From Lingula anatina (taxonomy: Eukaryota > Animalia > Brachiopoda): a stretch of 64,000 nucleotides of DNA. Positions 26,165-40,427 of the stretch are shown here, one piece after another (position 1 is the first letter of the stretch; the number at the start of each line of letters is the position of its first letter). The stretch spans positions 30,194,001 through 30,258,000 of the forward strand of contig CM120642.1 in the NCBI GenBank assembly GCA_051362555.1, in the 5' to 3' direction. Both the position numbers and the translations under genes were made by a program. The notes under the pieces were generated by a model, which did not search any database, was not told the DNA's origin, and worked only from the letters and a program-made list of their open reading frames with translations.

Positions 26165-26685
26165 GCACGTGTACTGATATGAACTAGTGAATGAGATTCG
26201 AGTTACTGAGTGCCAGAGACAGTGTGTGTATGTGTGTGTGTGTGTGTGTCACAGTGTGTGTGTGTGTGTCACTGTGTGTGTCACAGTGTGTGTGTGTATG
26301 TCACAGTGTGTGTGTCACAGTGTGTGTGTGTGTGTGTGTGTCACAGTGTGTGTTTGTGTCACAGTGTGTGTTTGTGTCAAAGTTTGTGTGTCACAGTGTG
26401 TGTGTCACAGTGTGTGTGTGTTTGTGTCACAGTGTGTGTGTGTGTGTGTGTGTCACAGTGTGTGTGTTTGTGTCACAGTGTGTGTTTGTGTCACAGTGTG
26501 TGTGTGTGTGTGTCAGTGTGTGTGTGTATTTGTCACAGTGTGTGTGTGTCAGTGTGTGTGTGTCACAGTGTGTGTGTGTGTGTGTGTGTCAGTGTGTGTG
26601 TGTGTCACAGTGTGTGTGTGTGTGTCACAGTGTGTGTGTGTGTGTGTGTCACAGTGTGTGTGTGTGTGTGTCACAGTGTGTGTAC
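26124..26685. repeat. Compound (TG)n / TGTCACAG microsatellite
   Basis: ~470 bp of (TG)n interrupted by CACAG, plus an upstream (TG)n-polyG tract; source of three spurious ORFs. Confidence 0.95.
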
Positions 26686-27105
26686 ATGCATGCACATACA
26701 TATATGAATGTCTGAGAGCCTATTCAGAGTAGAAGATGGGAGGATCTTCTGATCCACTGATAGTCAAATATATGAACCCTACATGAAAGAAGAGCCGACT
26801 AATCCGCTGATGGTCTCCCCACCTCCACACGCACTATTAAACAGATTAAATCATGGCTCTGAGGTTTAATTGCTTGACCCCTAAGATGATGGCGCGCTTG
26901 TGTTTGTGTGTGTGCATGCATGTGTGTATGACGTAAGTTATGTGGCTGTGGACATGTGGGTGTACAAGTGCCAGAGACAGCGCCTTTCTGAGTTACTTGA
27001 TACGTATGAAGATGAACTGATTGGTCACTTAGGAGACAAATCTGGTCAGTATACGTGACAGGTGCTAACTTTATAGCTTATCACATGTTAAGGAGCTTTC
27101 TCAGA

Positions 27106-27448
27106 CCAGGGCTCCGTAGACGCTCCAGGGCTCCGAGACGCACTTGCACATGCGCAAGTGCGCAAGTGTCTCGATTCCATGGCCCCGTATCTCGAAATAG
27201 AATCGGTTATGGAATTGCGTCATTAACGCATGTGCGCAACATAGCGAACCTTTCGAGATACTGAGCCCAGGTCTTAGTTAAGCTATGGCTGTAAGACAAA
27301 CTCATAATCTGTAACCAAGCCCTGTAACTCGAAAACATAGAGGCTACAATGTAGTATTGTATTATATGGGGCAAGTATGGGCGAGTTATGGAATCGAGAC
27401 GCTTGCGCTCGGTCGCAGTGCGTGATGCTTTCGAGTTACGGGGCCCAG
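27106..27448. mobile_element. Tandem cluster of MITEs, family B (CAGGGCTCCGTAACTCGAAA-type TIR)
   Basis: TIR pairs at 27180-27270 and 27315-27448, truncated ends at 27106-27175; same TIR as 37173-37335. Confidence 0.7.
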
Positions 27449-27465
27449 GTTTGCTGTGGCATATA

Positions 27466-27678
27466 CCCCATTCCCAGAGATTAGATCGATCCAAACTAGA
27501 TCACCCTAACTCCCTGGGGGTTCACGCTAAATAGCTGTCAACCGAGTGGGCACGAAAGTCAATTACCCCCTTACAGCTTGTAGTAGGCTGGACGGACATT
27601 TAAGCCAGATTATCTGACAGTAATCTAGTGAGACTCCCCACGGGGATAGATCAATCTAAAATCTATGGAAATACGCCC
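27466..27678. mobile_element. MITE, family C copy 1
   Basis: ~210 bp closely similar to 53337-53549; termini CCATTCCCAGAGATTAGATCGAT / ATCAATCTAAAATCTATGGAAAT. Confidence 0.75.
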
Positions 27679-29870
27679 ATACACACCATACACCATGAGT
27701 CTTTGTAGATCTATCCCACCCTACTCGTGTCTGAAATAATATTCCCAAGTTGTTTAGATTTTGAAAGCATCCCACTCTACAGAATCAGAGACTAATAATT
27801 TTGATGAATAAAATGTCATGTTTTAACTCAAAATCATGCCCAAGTTCTGCCTGATGTGAATGTATGTTGATAGTAATAAGGTGGAATGACAGCAGCATTG
27901 TACATTGGCTCAATAGCAGACCTGTGAGATGAAGACTGAACCCATTGTTATGCTGTTATTACCAGAGATCTGATGGTCTGATGGCCATCTGTGAATCTGG
28001 GCATTGACTCTGAAGGGTAATAATGCAAATGGCAATTTAGATAGGAAAATATATGGTAAGGGTTATGAAAAATAAGGGATATTGTTTAGAGATGTCTGAC
28101 AAACATTTTCTGATGGCAGTAACATTTGAAGATAAATGATAAGACCAGGGATGTTTTTATTTATTTATTCATTTTATATTTTTGTTTATTGCATAACATG
28201 TTATTAAGTCTTTAAATGACTTACTTCAGTTAAAGTGCAGTATTTAATTTTATATTTTTGTTTATTGCACAACAAAAAGAAACAGACTTTAAATATTATA
28301 TACTCCAGTTCAAAATGCAGTACAATTAATTATTTTTCAATTGCTTACAGATTTGGTGAATAATTACATTTTTGCCAAATAACTTAGATATTCTAGAGCG
28401 AACCTCATGAACTGCTGTAGCATGCACAAGTTGTATAATTTGCTGCTTGAACACTACATAGCTACTGCATAATTTAAAATAAGGGTAGTGTTCTGTCCAA
28501 CTGACCGCCTGTAGTGGAATGTTAATCATGGGAGCGTCTGGTGAATTTGTCATGCATACTTCCCTCCCCAGATTTAATCTGTCATTCCCGAAGACTCCCT
28601 CTATATTTCACCCCAATCTGATAAAGGCACAACTGGCACCAGTGTAATAATATACTGTCATCTTTGCCGTTTTTTTTTTCTTCCTTCACACTTACTAAGG
28701 ATTACTAGTGGACATTTCTCTTTATAACTCTTGTTGAAGATAGATTTGGGGGAAAATAGTTAGTGGATAACATCACATGCCACATAGGTATTTTTTCAAA
28801 GTTCAATGTGTTTGTCTTGTTCAGATGTATATAATTTTATGTGATATGATCATTTGTTGGTGGTGGAACTCCAATCGTATAATTTGATAGAAGATTATGT
28901 ACAGATGCATTCAATGTTTGAAACTGAATTATTTAGCAATCATGGTTGCAATTTTTTTTTTTTTTTTTGTGCCATCAAAAATATGCTTTGTTTTACTCCA
29001 GTTGGTGAAAAATTGTCTTCCCCCCTCGTAGTTTTGATTCTTGCCTCTGACATATAGCAGTGAAAATTGTAAAGTTTTAAATGCTTTAGAGCATGGATCT
29101 TAACCTTTGTCTTGATAATTTGAATTTTTTCCAAAGAGTGATGATTTACTAAATAGTTTGATAGAACAGGTGTGAGAATACTGAGACACCTGAGCAAGTA
29201 ATAAGTGATGGTATCTATACCCATGTTTTATGCATGAATATCTATGAGCCCATCAAAAAGAGACCTCTTATTTTATAATACCAAATTCAATAACAGGCAT
29301 TAATATTTATTGAATCACATTAATTGCTCTGAAATAAAAAAATAAGAACGGTGGATAGAATTTATTTGTATATTTTATCCACCGTTTCAGTACTTGTGTA
29401 CATATTTGGCATTTTTAAGGCGTGACTAAGAATTTCCCTGGGTCTAAAGACATTTGCTGGTCACATTTTATAGATATCTATGTTACCTGCAGTGCATAAC
29501 TTGAAATTGATGGCGATAATAAGCTGTTACATGTTATGTAACAATGCATCAAAATTGATAGAAAATATTTTGTGTACTGCCTCTACGAATGCTCTAAAAG
29601 GAAAACTGTGTTTCTTATTGTTTTGTAACTAACAAGCATGATTGACATACAGCTCAAATTGGCAAACCAGCTTGATTGGATTATTTTTCTTTCTTGTTGT
29701 CTGTACATTTGGCAGCTTTGCTGCCTTGTTAAATCTGTCCTGTTTTTAAGTCCATGAGCTTGTTAATTGTTTTTCTTCTGTAACCCTGGTTATTTTAAAG
29801 AGACTGCTAAGTGGGTTGACAACAGGTGCAATCACGGTGCTCACTGTTGATGATTTGCGTCAATAGGCGA

Positions 29871-30228
29871 TGTTATCTGAGGTTATGATATTACAGTTGG
29901 TTATGTTCACATCAGTTATAAATTGTGATCTGAGGATGAGATTACAATTGGCTCTGTTCACATCAGTTATAAAATGTTATCTGAGGTTATGATATTACAG
30001 TTGGCTGTGTTCACATCAGTTGTAAATTGTGATCTGGGGATATGAGATTACAATTGGCTGTGTTCACATCAGTTGTAAAATGTGATTTGAGGATATCAGA
30101 ATACAATAGGCTCCATTTACATCAGTTATAAAATATGTACTGAGATTACAATAGGCTATGTTTACAACAGTTATTAATGTGATTTGAGGATATAAGATTA
30201 TAAAAAGTTGCGCTCACATCAGTTATAA
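29871..30228. repeat. ~52-bp minisatellite, about 7 copies
   Basis: Unit TGTKATCTGAGG..ATTACARTTGG..TGTTCACATCAGTTRTAAA, decaying toward the 3' end. Confidence 0.9.
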
Positions 30229-32364
30229 GATGATGCAGCCTTAAAGCCATGTCTTAATTGTTTAATGTTGTTTCTTAACTAATCAGCAATCTTTTGAAAT
30301 GCTGCAACACGGAAGGTATTTTTAACTAAAAGATTATCAATTGATTGTTGTGTTTGTCTTTTGGATATATGTCTAATTAACACTACCTTAGTAGAGGAAA
30401 GTTGAAGTGATGAATACAACAGTAATGGTATTGTTTGTGCACTCTAGTCCTGGTAATCATGACTTGTTAATTCCAGGAATGATATTAATATGGTTTTGTG
30501 ATTGTCAGTAACAGGAAGTGTTTGGAATGGTATGGCTTGGAAAATATAGAAAATTTGCAAATAAACACTGCATTATAAGAAATATATTGTGAAAGATTAA
30601 AATGCACTAGTGCACACGCGCGCGCACACACACATACACACACACGATTTAATATATGAATAGATAATATATCTTTTCCCTACTCTTTGACAGGCAAATT
30701 TGCTTGTAAATTAACCCAACAGACAAAGATTTAGAAAGAAATAGATTTTTTGAAGTAGTCTGAAGGGTTTTTCTTGAGTGCTTGTTTTAGTGACATCTGG
30801 TGGTTTTAGAAGAATAGCGCCAACGTTTGGATTATTCCATAGGGCTGAATGATACTGTATATTGAGCCCCCAAAGCAGCATAACATGGAACAGATTTCAG
30901 AATGATAGGAGGAGGGGGCAGGCACATGGATAGTTTAAGCCCTCTGGCTAGCATAGCATGACTTAGTATCTTGATGGTTTTCTAATAGAGATCTATGTTC
31001 AGGAGTGTTGCTCTCTAACGGTCATACCTCCACTAGTACCTTGGAGGGTAGATGATGTGTGTTCTCTGTGTGTGCTTGTAGAGTTCCCGCCAATAACCGC
31101 AGATTAATGGGGGATGTAAATTGCTGTGGAAGCATAAGTAATGTTGCAGCAACTTGAGTGCAACGAGTGTAATGTAAAAGCAATGACCTGGGTTGTAGCT
31201 ACAAATTGCAGAGTTATGTGCTGTGTGCGACTGCCTAGGTGTCTCACCCAGTTGTAATTTGTTCCACCTTTACAGCTTGCTGGCCCTGTCTGTAGTATCT
31301 CCTGTTGTTGGTGATTCTGAGTGTCAAGCGCTGGGTAATGTACTATTCATAGGGGAAATCGGTACTATCAACAGGGAGAGGGGGAGAGAGAAAAATGCAG
31401 ATAGGTCAAGATTTGGGGATATTTTCAGCATTGCATTCTAACAGACACAGTGCCAATTAACAACTACAAATAATATAAACACATAGACAGACGACTGATG
31501 AGACAATATTTTTCAATATCAAAGCTGGAGCATGACTTTTACCTTGTAAAATGTCATCTGATACTGCAAGGAGTTACACATTGTAGCAGTTCAACTGTCA
31601 TTTAGCACCAGCCATCAGTCATACTTAGAAACTCTTCAATAATAACCACCACAACATGTAATACCATATCATGTGGGCAACAACAAGCTTCTTATGAGTT
31701 AAATTAGTTGGCCCTGGAACCTGTATTGTAATCTGCGTGAATTCAACTGGGAGGCAGCGTGGTATATATTGGTACAAAACCCTTAAGGTAACGTCTCAGT
31801 TGTGAAGTCAACAAGCTGTGGCATAGGATGTCAGTGCCGAAGAGGAGGAGGAATTGACATGTTGATATGTTATATTGGCAATCAGCTAATGTGTGTGTGT
31901 GTGTGTGAGTGTGTGAAATGTTGCTTTTAAACCAAAAATTGTCATTTGTAGACGAGCAAAATATTTATTAGCTGACGGTCAACCAGGAAGAATTGCCTTC
32001 ATCAGGCTGAGTAACTGTTACATAAATGTTTAGGTTTTTTGTACGAATAATGATCTTTAAATTATATCTGTAACAAGCTGATGAATATTTTTGCTGTTTT
32101 GCCTTTGTTGCAAAGCTTTTGTAGTGGTTTGTGGTGAGGAAAGGTGAAAGTACAATTCTTAGAGTTGTAGAGGCCAGTGCTGCCAGTATCCAGTGACTGA
32201 GTGTGACATGGTGTGACAATCACACTACATACAGTGGACAGGGGACTTAAATATCCTCTTGGAATTACTGGTTTCAATGTTACATGGACTCCGAGATTTT
32301 GTTCTGATTGCAACAAGTTATTCATCATCACATCAGCAACAGGAGAGTGGGCAGTAAACCAGTG

Positions 32365-32401
32365 ATGTGGCACCATCAGTATCCGCATTATTATCACCCA
32401 G
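32365..32401 (+). CDS. RXR: Candidate alternative first coding exon of RXR (MWHHQYPHYYHP)
   Basis: ATG ORF ending CAG|GTAAAT in phase 1, in frame with the exon at 47824; in-frame stop upstream. Confidence 0.4.
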
Positions 32402-34891
32402 GTAAATGAAAAAAAAAAAAAACATTTTTTCAAAGTATGAGATCATTATTATTGTGATTGTTACCCTTGTTTCATTTGCTCAATATTCTCATAATGATAT
32501 TTACTTAATATTCTCATAAGACATGGTGGGAAGAATTGTCTGCATGTGTGTCTGTTTGTGAGATACAGCGGAAACCTGTGCACGTCTTGTCGCAGCCTGC
32601 CACAGCAATTTTGATTCGGTAGTTATGAATTCTTTATGACATCATTTTCATAATGGATGATGGTGATGCCTGAATATTATGAGTCTGATTTCCTAGACTA
32701 GAGACACTTCTCAAAGTAGCCAGATTGTCTTTGCGTGATTGTTTATAGAGTTATATATATGATGAATTTTGTGGCACTGTAAAAATGGTTTAGCAAAGAA
32801 ATTGTGACTTTGGTGTTAAAAAAATTTTAAACCTTGAATATTATTAAGATGTTGTTATTGTAGTGTCACGTGGCTTCATTGGACCGGATCCCATTATATT
32901 TTCTCACTAGTTTGTTCGTGTTTATAAATAGTGTATAAATTTTATAAAGCTCTCCGATAATAATTTTGTTATATTCACATTTTCTTGAACTAGCACTTAA
33001 AAATCCTAATTAATACTTGTCCAGTACTCTCTTTGGATAACGAAATGTAAAATAAAACACATGACCATGAATTCAATATCTGACAGAATCTTCAAACATC
33101 GTTTTGCCTAAATGTTGCTTGTATCAGAAAAAGAAATAACTCATCCACTTGTAAATGCCTGAGGAAGTCTTTTGTCCTCCCATATAATATATGGATGTCA
33201 TAATTTATTTCTAAAACAACACTATGTATTCACGTCGGTTGTTAATCCTGAGAAGATATTCGGCTGAGAGTTTTCAAGATGTGCTAACATTTTCATTTCT
33301 TTCTGAATGCTGAAGATGATTTATCCTTCCTTACAATAATGAGGATATTTTGATTATGTTTGTCCAGTGATATAATTAATTGTTGCAAGAAATATTCATT
33401 TGGGAAAATAATGAAGCTTGTTGGGAACCATGCTAGGATTGGAAATTTAATGAAGCTAGGTTCTGTTTTTTAGTACTTTTGATAATATAAGCAGCTTATG
33501 TTCCAGTGCTGTGTTATTGTCTTGTTCTCTATGGTTTAAGAAATACACGTTCATTAGTATCTCGAATCTTCAGTGTTGTTTATCATCCTTTAGAAAATAT
33601 ATGTTTATCTGCATTTGTTTTCAGTTTTCATTTTCAAAGTAATGTTGCTGTGATACATATAACAGTGGATACATATTACAAGTGGATTTGATAAACAGTG
33701 TTTAATCAATGGTATAATTGCTTTCGTGTATTTATTAATATGTAATGGTTGCATGTAGTGGCGTTGCCTTTAAGCTATCTAACTCCGGTAGCTGAAATTG
33801 TGTGGTTGCGTTTCATGTTGTCTCACTTCATTCCTTGAGGATCAATTTGTCCTTTTGTCATGTTTGAAATGTCTACAGGTTTATAATTGTTTGTACAAAA
33901 AAAAAAAAACAAAACAGTTTTGGTTTTCCGTGAAAATAATACTCATGGTGTGTGGTGGTAACCACTAGAAATGAAATTGCCACAGTTTTTGATAAGCTGT
34001 GTTAAATCATTATTTGTTAAAGGAGGTTCTAGGTAGATTCATCTGGATGGTGACTTTAATAGGTGAATTAACATAAGTCGTATCTGGTGCAAGAAGACTA
34101 ATATTTTCATATTATTTTTGTTTGGAATTGGAAAAAAAAAACTGATGTCATGTTGCATTTTATAAATATGTTAGTGGAATTGACATTTTGTCCCTAAAGA
34201 CTGTTTTGGTTATTGATTTGAGCTAAATTGTATTCTGTATTTTGTCTTTTGTGGTTTAGTCTGTAGATTTCAATGGAGATTTCAGTGGTGATAAAATGTT
34301 TAGGAGCCTCTTGCACAATGGAATTTTTAAAGTCTCAAAATAGGTCTCAGCTGAGCCTGCTTTGTATCTGTGCAAGACGGAACTGAATTTCACAAACTAA
34401 CTAACCTCAAAGTTGCCTCATTTTTCCTTACAACTAGAACTTTGGTCTAATTGTCTTGACACACTGTGGTGAAAACAGCGGCATTTTTTGGAGACAGTGA
34501 TTGGTAGAAAGTCTTACTAGTATATTGTAGGTTTTATGTTGTAGACTAGACTATCAGCGTTTGGTATTCTTAGTTTTGCCCAATAAAAAAGATGTTTTTT
34601 GGGGTAATAGCCGCAGTGGGCATTTAACTCAATGACAGGTTTGGCCTAAAACAAAAGAATTAGACAAACTGTAATGCATAGAGCACGCATGCACACACGA
34701 CACGCACACACGACAAAAAAATTGGTATTCCATAACTGATTCAGATGATACAATATAAAATCTGTTACAATTACGTGATGTAAAAAAACAGGTACAGAAA
34801 GGTACAGCAATATGTGCTGGTGCCGATATCATTTTTGTCAGTATGAAGGACATAGGCACAAGTCTGGAGCATGCAGTTCTGCGTTCTGTAA

Positions 34892-35024
34892 GGGCTCATT
34901 CCAAATACAACTATCATTCTACATAGATTGATCCAACTAGCGTGTTAATCTGATTGCATTCAGCAAGAGTCCCCATGGAGTTGGATCAATGTACATAGAA
35001 CAGTAGTTTCATTGGGAATGAGAC
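34892..35024. mobile_element. MITE family A copy 2 (internally deleted)
   Basis: Shares TGTTAATCTGATTGCATTCAGCAAGAGTCCCC and the GGGAATGAG end with 21993-22223. Confidence 0.65.
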
Positions 35025-35520
35025 TTGAGAGAATTTTACACCGTCTAACACATGAATACATATTGATAGCATGCATGTTGTGTAAATGCCAGTTTTCTGA
35101 AGATGTCATTCATGGGGCACTGTACCACTGCAGTCACCACACTGATCAATGTTTACACTGAGAGAATGTTGTGACATGTCTGATGTGGTTTTTGTACAGG
35201 GGTGTTTGCTTCAATAATGTGTTGTGACAAGTCTGGCATAATAAAATGAAATGTTTATTGTGATAACTGTATTGTGAATGATGTAACAAGTTCATCACTA
35301 AGAGCTGTCTGCCTACTGATGGCACTGATTCACTCGATTCACTCGGATTGCCTTCAGTTGTTTGGGTAGATGTGTGTAAATGCATGTTGGGGTGATATGG
35401 TCAAAGTACTAGTAATGTTTTAAGGCAGTCACAGGAAAACAGACTGATGAAAAGAATAGGAATATAATAAAGAAAGAACCAAAGAAAGAGGCTTATAATT
35501 TAATTATTTTTAAGAACATT

Positions 35521-35559
<39 letters not shown>

Positions 35560-36840
35560 TGTAGAAAATCTAAATTTTGCATAAAAAGAGTGCTAGTAGA
35601 GTATGTTGTTAGAGCTGAATTCCACCCATGAATATGTCCGACTTTCACTGTGACATTTGAAGGGGAGTGCAGTGATTTGTGTTCTGTCAGATCTTGCTCC
35701 ATCTCTTCAGGAGGGAGGAAGGATTAGTTCTCAAATGATATCCTTCATGCAGTTGCTTGATGCTTTGAGTTGACTGAAGAATGATTTGAAAGAATAAACT
35801 GAAGAAGGAAAAGTCTGACACATTTGCTGTTGGAAAAAACGTTTTGCACCTCTATGAAAATGAGGAAGTTTCAGTTTGTCCAAATTGAGGAAAAGCTCAC
35901 AAAGAGAACTGGTGATGGGTGCCAAGAATTTCTGTTTTGAAGTGCACGGGGTTGAAAAAAGTAGGTTTTTTAAAAAGAAATTTTAGAAAATGAAAAGATC
36001 ATAAAAGAATTAAGCTGGCATTTATTTGAAAAGGTCATATGGCAGGTATGTGATAAGGTGATCACTAGGTGTTATTCCAGTAATAAAATTGAAGAATTTA
36101 CATCAGAGAGAATACACGAGGAAAAAAGTTTATGATATACGTAATGGACATAGTAGGATTTCCTCCACTGATTTAAGGTTATGGGGGCTTCATTTGATAC
36201 CAGTGTGACTCATTCAGCCTAAGATTGCCCCCCAAATTTTATACCTAAGTTCAGGCTAATTTTGATTCAGATACTGTTGAAAACCTAAATGAAAACAACA
36301 TTTTCGAAAGGATCTTTGAGCTCTGATGTTACAAATAACATTTGCGCGACCCCATTACTTTTGGGAAGTAGCCTTATTTGGAGTAATTTGGTGCAATGTC
36401 CCTAAAAGATATGACAAAAATAAGTATTTTTCCAGTAAAATCAGTAAGAAATGTTATCAATTTCTCAGATAAATAAAAAGTTTTTTTTAGATTAATAAAA
36501 AACAAACAAAAAAAGTCATGTTATAAAAATGGTTTTAAAACCCCATGAAAGATAAGAAAGGACAGGACTGGATGTTTGGAGAAATTGGTGGCTCCTTAAT
36601 ATGTGAATATGAACAAAGTAATTATTTCTTCATTCTGTTTGTAATTTTATCCGTGTGACCGCTAAGTGACCTGTCTGGACAGTTATGGTAGAGTGCAGCT
36701 CTGAGCCAGATGGTGTTTATAAACAGAAAGGCATTATTTTGTTCTGCTACTTTTTTCTGCCTTGTTTCTTGTTTTTATGATTCTTTTCCTTTGTTTCTTC
36801 TCAAAGATAGCTGGTTATGTTAATTAGTAAATATTTGCCT

Positions 36841-36849
36841 CTCTTTCTT

Positions 36850-36910
<61 letters not shown>
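36841..36910. repeat. (CT)n(CA)n microsatellite
   Basis: Direct reading. Confidence 0.95.
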
Positions 36911-36914
<4 letters not shown>

Positions 36915-37172
36915 TATCTGGACATGCATCTCCCTGCCATAATATTTTTTATTTGTTATATAACTTAAAAGAAGAAAAAAATGATGTTGCAAGAGTGCAA
37001 ATAGTAAAGGACCACATTATATAAGATTCCATGATCATTGCATAAAGACATGATCTTAAGGAGACTTAGCGTGATGTTTGCCATTGCTATCTCTTGTTAT
37101 CTTTTCTAAAGTAACTGGGATGTATTTAGAACTGGGCCAAGTAAGAAAGTCCAAAGTGACATCATATAGGAC

Positions 37173-37335
37173 CAGGGCTCCGTAACTCGAAAGCATTGCG
37201 AATTGTGACTGAGCGCAAAAGTTTCTATTCCATAACTCATTCCATAATGACATTTACTCACCCCATATAATAGCCTTGAAATGGAAGTTGAAATCACTAT
37301 CGCAATTCGCGATGCTTTCAAGTTTCGGAGCCCTG
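37173..37335. mobile_element. MITE family B copy
   Basis: TIR CAGGGCTCCGTAACTCGAAAGCATTGCGAATTG / CAATTCGCGATGCTTTCAAGTTTCGGAGCCCTG. Confidence 0.75.
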
Positions 37336-37614
37336 AAAGCTTGATGTAGGTCTTTGACATCCCAGGGGTGGACGAGGAGGGGGGCTGGATACAGTCCTTA
37401 TGCCAATGCTTATTGAAATCACAAAGATATTAAAGAGAGGGTGGGTGTTGTTAACCCTCTGATACCAGGGGCTTCTAAAGTAATATATAAAATTAAAGTG
37501 TGAGCCCCTGTGGGAAAACATCCAATTCGACTGTCTGATATAATGAAACTACCCCCCCCCTCCCTCCCTCCCCACCAGCCCCTTGAACGGTGATCGGTAA
37601 GTAGAGGAGGATAA

Positions 37615-37870
37615 GGCTTCGTTCACATGCAATGTCTATTTTCTAAATTCTATTTTCTATTCGCGCTATCTTATGATCACGGTCTGTGCCCTGAATATCC
37701 CGCGACGTAATTACTGGCAGTGCAAGCCAGTTACTTATAGTAACTTATAGTAACTGGCTCGCGCTGCCAGTAATTACGCCGCGGGATATTCAGGGCACAG
37801 ATAGTGATCATAAGACATACCGCAAATAGAAAATAGAATTATAAAATAGACATTGCATGTGAATGAAGCC
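37615..37870. mobile_element. Fully palindromic PIF/Harbinger-like MITE
   Basis: ~120-bp inverted arms (GGCTTCGTTCACATGCAATG... / ...CATTGCATGTGAATGAAGCC) with TAA target-site duplication. Confidence 0.85.
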
Positions 37871-38050
37871 TAATTGTCCTGTTCTGTGTAATCACTGGAG
37901 CAAGTATAAGGCTTGCATTACATAACATAGACAAGGATGTGCGCTACTCGGCACCTAGATGTGAAATCGCCCCCACTTACAAATATAAAGGCTTTGGCGT
38001 GGAACCTGTCTTGTTGATTATGTGAAATCGCGCAGGGTGCCATACAAAGA

Positions 38051-38700
38051 TTTTTATGTACAGACACAGATGTGTCTGTACATATTGCCATCACCTGCGT
38101 CTGTCGTCGCCGATGGCGATGGCGATGGCGATGGCGATGCCGGCGCCGTGCACTTTCCTTGTAAACACGATAAGTGGAGGGCAGTTTTACTTTTTGGCTT
38201 TATATTTACAGAGCTGATGAATATTCATAAAACGCAGGTCAAGTTCGAAAATCAGCATGATCGGGCCATTATTGTAGAAGTTATGCTGTTTTTTTCACTT
38301 TTCAGCATATTTTTCACATTTCCTCAGATTCAATTCTTAGGCATGTTAACAGTCTCATTATTAAACTAATAAGATACGTAAAAGTGTTTGTTTGACATTT
38401 CCTGCATCTTTACAACATTGTTAGTTGATTTTGTAAAAATGATGGTAAACTTGTTATCGTGTATTATGTAATAAAGTTTCAAAAATGGAAATAAACTCAT
38501 ATCATTGCAGTTTGTCAGATTGAATCATTCACTATGTTCAGAATCTCAGAATGGAAGAAATTGGACATTTAACACTATTCTATTGATATTTTTCCCATCT
38601 CATCAATTTTCTTAGTTGATAATATAAAAATGGCAGTAAACTGTTAATTTTGTTTTATGTTAAAAATTGTTAAAAATGGAAACAAAACATTTCAGAACAG
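38051..38700 (+). mobile_element. Helentron-derived (HINE/DINE-1/pearl-like) non-autonomous element; right end uncertain
   Basis: T-run start, palindrome TATGTACAGACACA-GA-TGTGTCTGTACATA, (GGCGAT)n microsatellite, degenerate internal ~190-bp repeats. Confidence 0.55.
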
Positions 38701-40342
38701 TGCTGTCTTGTTTACATTTTGGCATTTTTTAATAGACTACTTAAGTGCACTTCAGGGGGTTGGAGTGTAAACTGTTTCAGTTAAAACTGGTGTGAATTGT
38801 ACTTTGTAACAGGCAGTGGACAAAGTGTGCATGTGAACGAGACGTTAGTCATCATCACCGGGCCCCATGGCAAATATTGATATCGTATTTGTTCAAATAG
38901 AATCCACCTCACCCATGGGCTATTTGTTTTTAGTGTATAAGAGATGGGAAGGGAGATCCTGCAGTGTTGCAAGTCTCTACAGAATTGAACAGAGTAGATT
39001 ACACCTAGTAACATTCTGAATGGCCCAGGCAGTTGGATCCATTGCAGATGCTATGTTGGCTCTAATCCAATCCGATTCGGATTATTGTGCAGGTAGATGA
39101 AAAAAAATGCACTTGATGCTTTTGCTGTTTTGGGATGTGAGGCAGCCATGTTAAGCATGGGTTTTGATCCAGGCGATCATGTAACATATTTTCTAAAATG
39201 AAATTTCACCTGTTTAGCAAGCATGGTGCTGTTGGAAAATGGATTAAAGAACAGTCCACAATTGTTTTGTCAACATGATTTCAAATGTTGTAGTATTTAT
39301 CAAGAAATTAAAGAAAATTAACCTGAATTTAAGATGTTTAAAATCTTGTGTTGAAAATAAAAAGTTTCCATAAAAATTCTAAGGTAAAAATATCAGTGCT
39401 GACTTGAAATGTTCCAGTCCCAGTCCACATAATGTGATATGTTTGGTGACTCTTTCATATAGGTAAGATAAAATTAGGTAGTGGATAAGACTAAATATAA
39501 ATAAATGGTCTCTTGTTTTCCCCTCGCCAGGTCCTTTTTAAAGGTTCCAAAATATACTTTGTCTTCTCTGTTACTGGGAGATTTAGTCGTAAAAATCACC
39601 GACTTTTAAATCTTGTCAATGACTTTAAGTATTCAGTTAAATGTCACATCCCAAGCTGCCTTGTGTGTCTCAGCATCTATGAATAAATAGTAGCCAATCT
39701 GTGGAAGAAAAAGTCAGCTATTATGCATACTTGTGTCACTATTAGCACAAGGTACAATTGAGTTCTATAATAAAACCATCCTGGGTCAATTGTCCTGTAA
39801 ACAGCTGAGGAGTCACTGCGTTCAGGAGCAGAGTCAGTCGGTACACAAGGTAAAGATGGCAGCAGTGTTGCTGTTTCCAACTCTCCTGGCATGCTAAATT
39901 ATTCACCGGAGCTGTTGGAATTACTTTATGGCTTCTCGTGGATAGAGTATTTAGATTGAACGATTTATTCTCGTTTTTTATGTCTAGTCTAAGTTCAGAT
40001 TTAAATTCCACTGGACGGTGTGCGTTACAAAGGGAGAACTATTTGAATGGTGGCTGCTCCACGCTGTAGTAATCTGATCAATACATAGTCTAGTGCTGGT
40101 GTCAGCGAGTACATTTATTTTGAGCAGGATAGACAGGAGTGCTGGACTGTAAGGAGTGGGGCACTGGGAAAAAGCTTATTTACAGCATTTTCTGCCCTCA
40201 ACAAAGGAGAAAAACTTTTCTGGGCAACAGTCTCCATTTTAAAGGAGAGCAGCGTACTGGTGGTTGTCTGGTGGTAATCTGTGTGGACTGCGTCACTGGG
40301 CTCTGTCTCTAGTCCAGCACCCCTACGTGCTGCTAATATTAT

Positions 40343-40427
40343 ATGCAGCCTAATAGAATGAGGATTGTGGAGCAGGGGATGGAAGGGTGTTACTATGGTT
40401 ACGCTCAGGGAGGGTACCCCAGCAGAG
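40343..40427 (+). CDS. RXR: Candidate alternative first coding exon of RXR (MQPNRMRIVEQGMEGCYYGYAQGGYPSR)
   Basis: ORF ends GAG|GTATGG in phase 1, in frame with the exon at 47824; lies at the end of a GC-richer island followed by AT-rich sequence. Confidence 0.45.

Noticed and set aside
26187-26732. Three long Cys/Val-rich ORFs
   Set aside because: Translation of a stop-free (TG)n microsatellite
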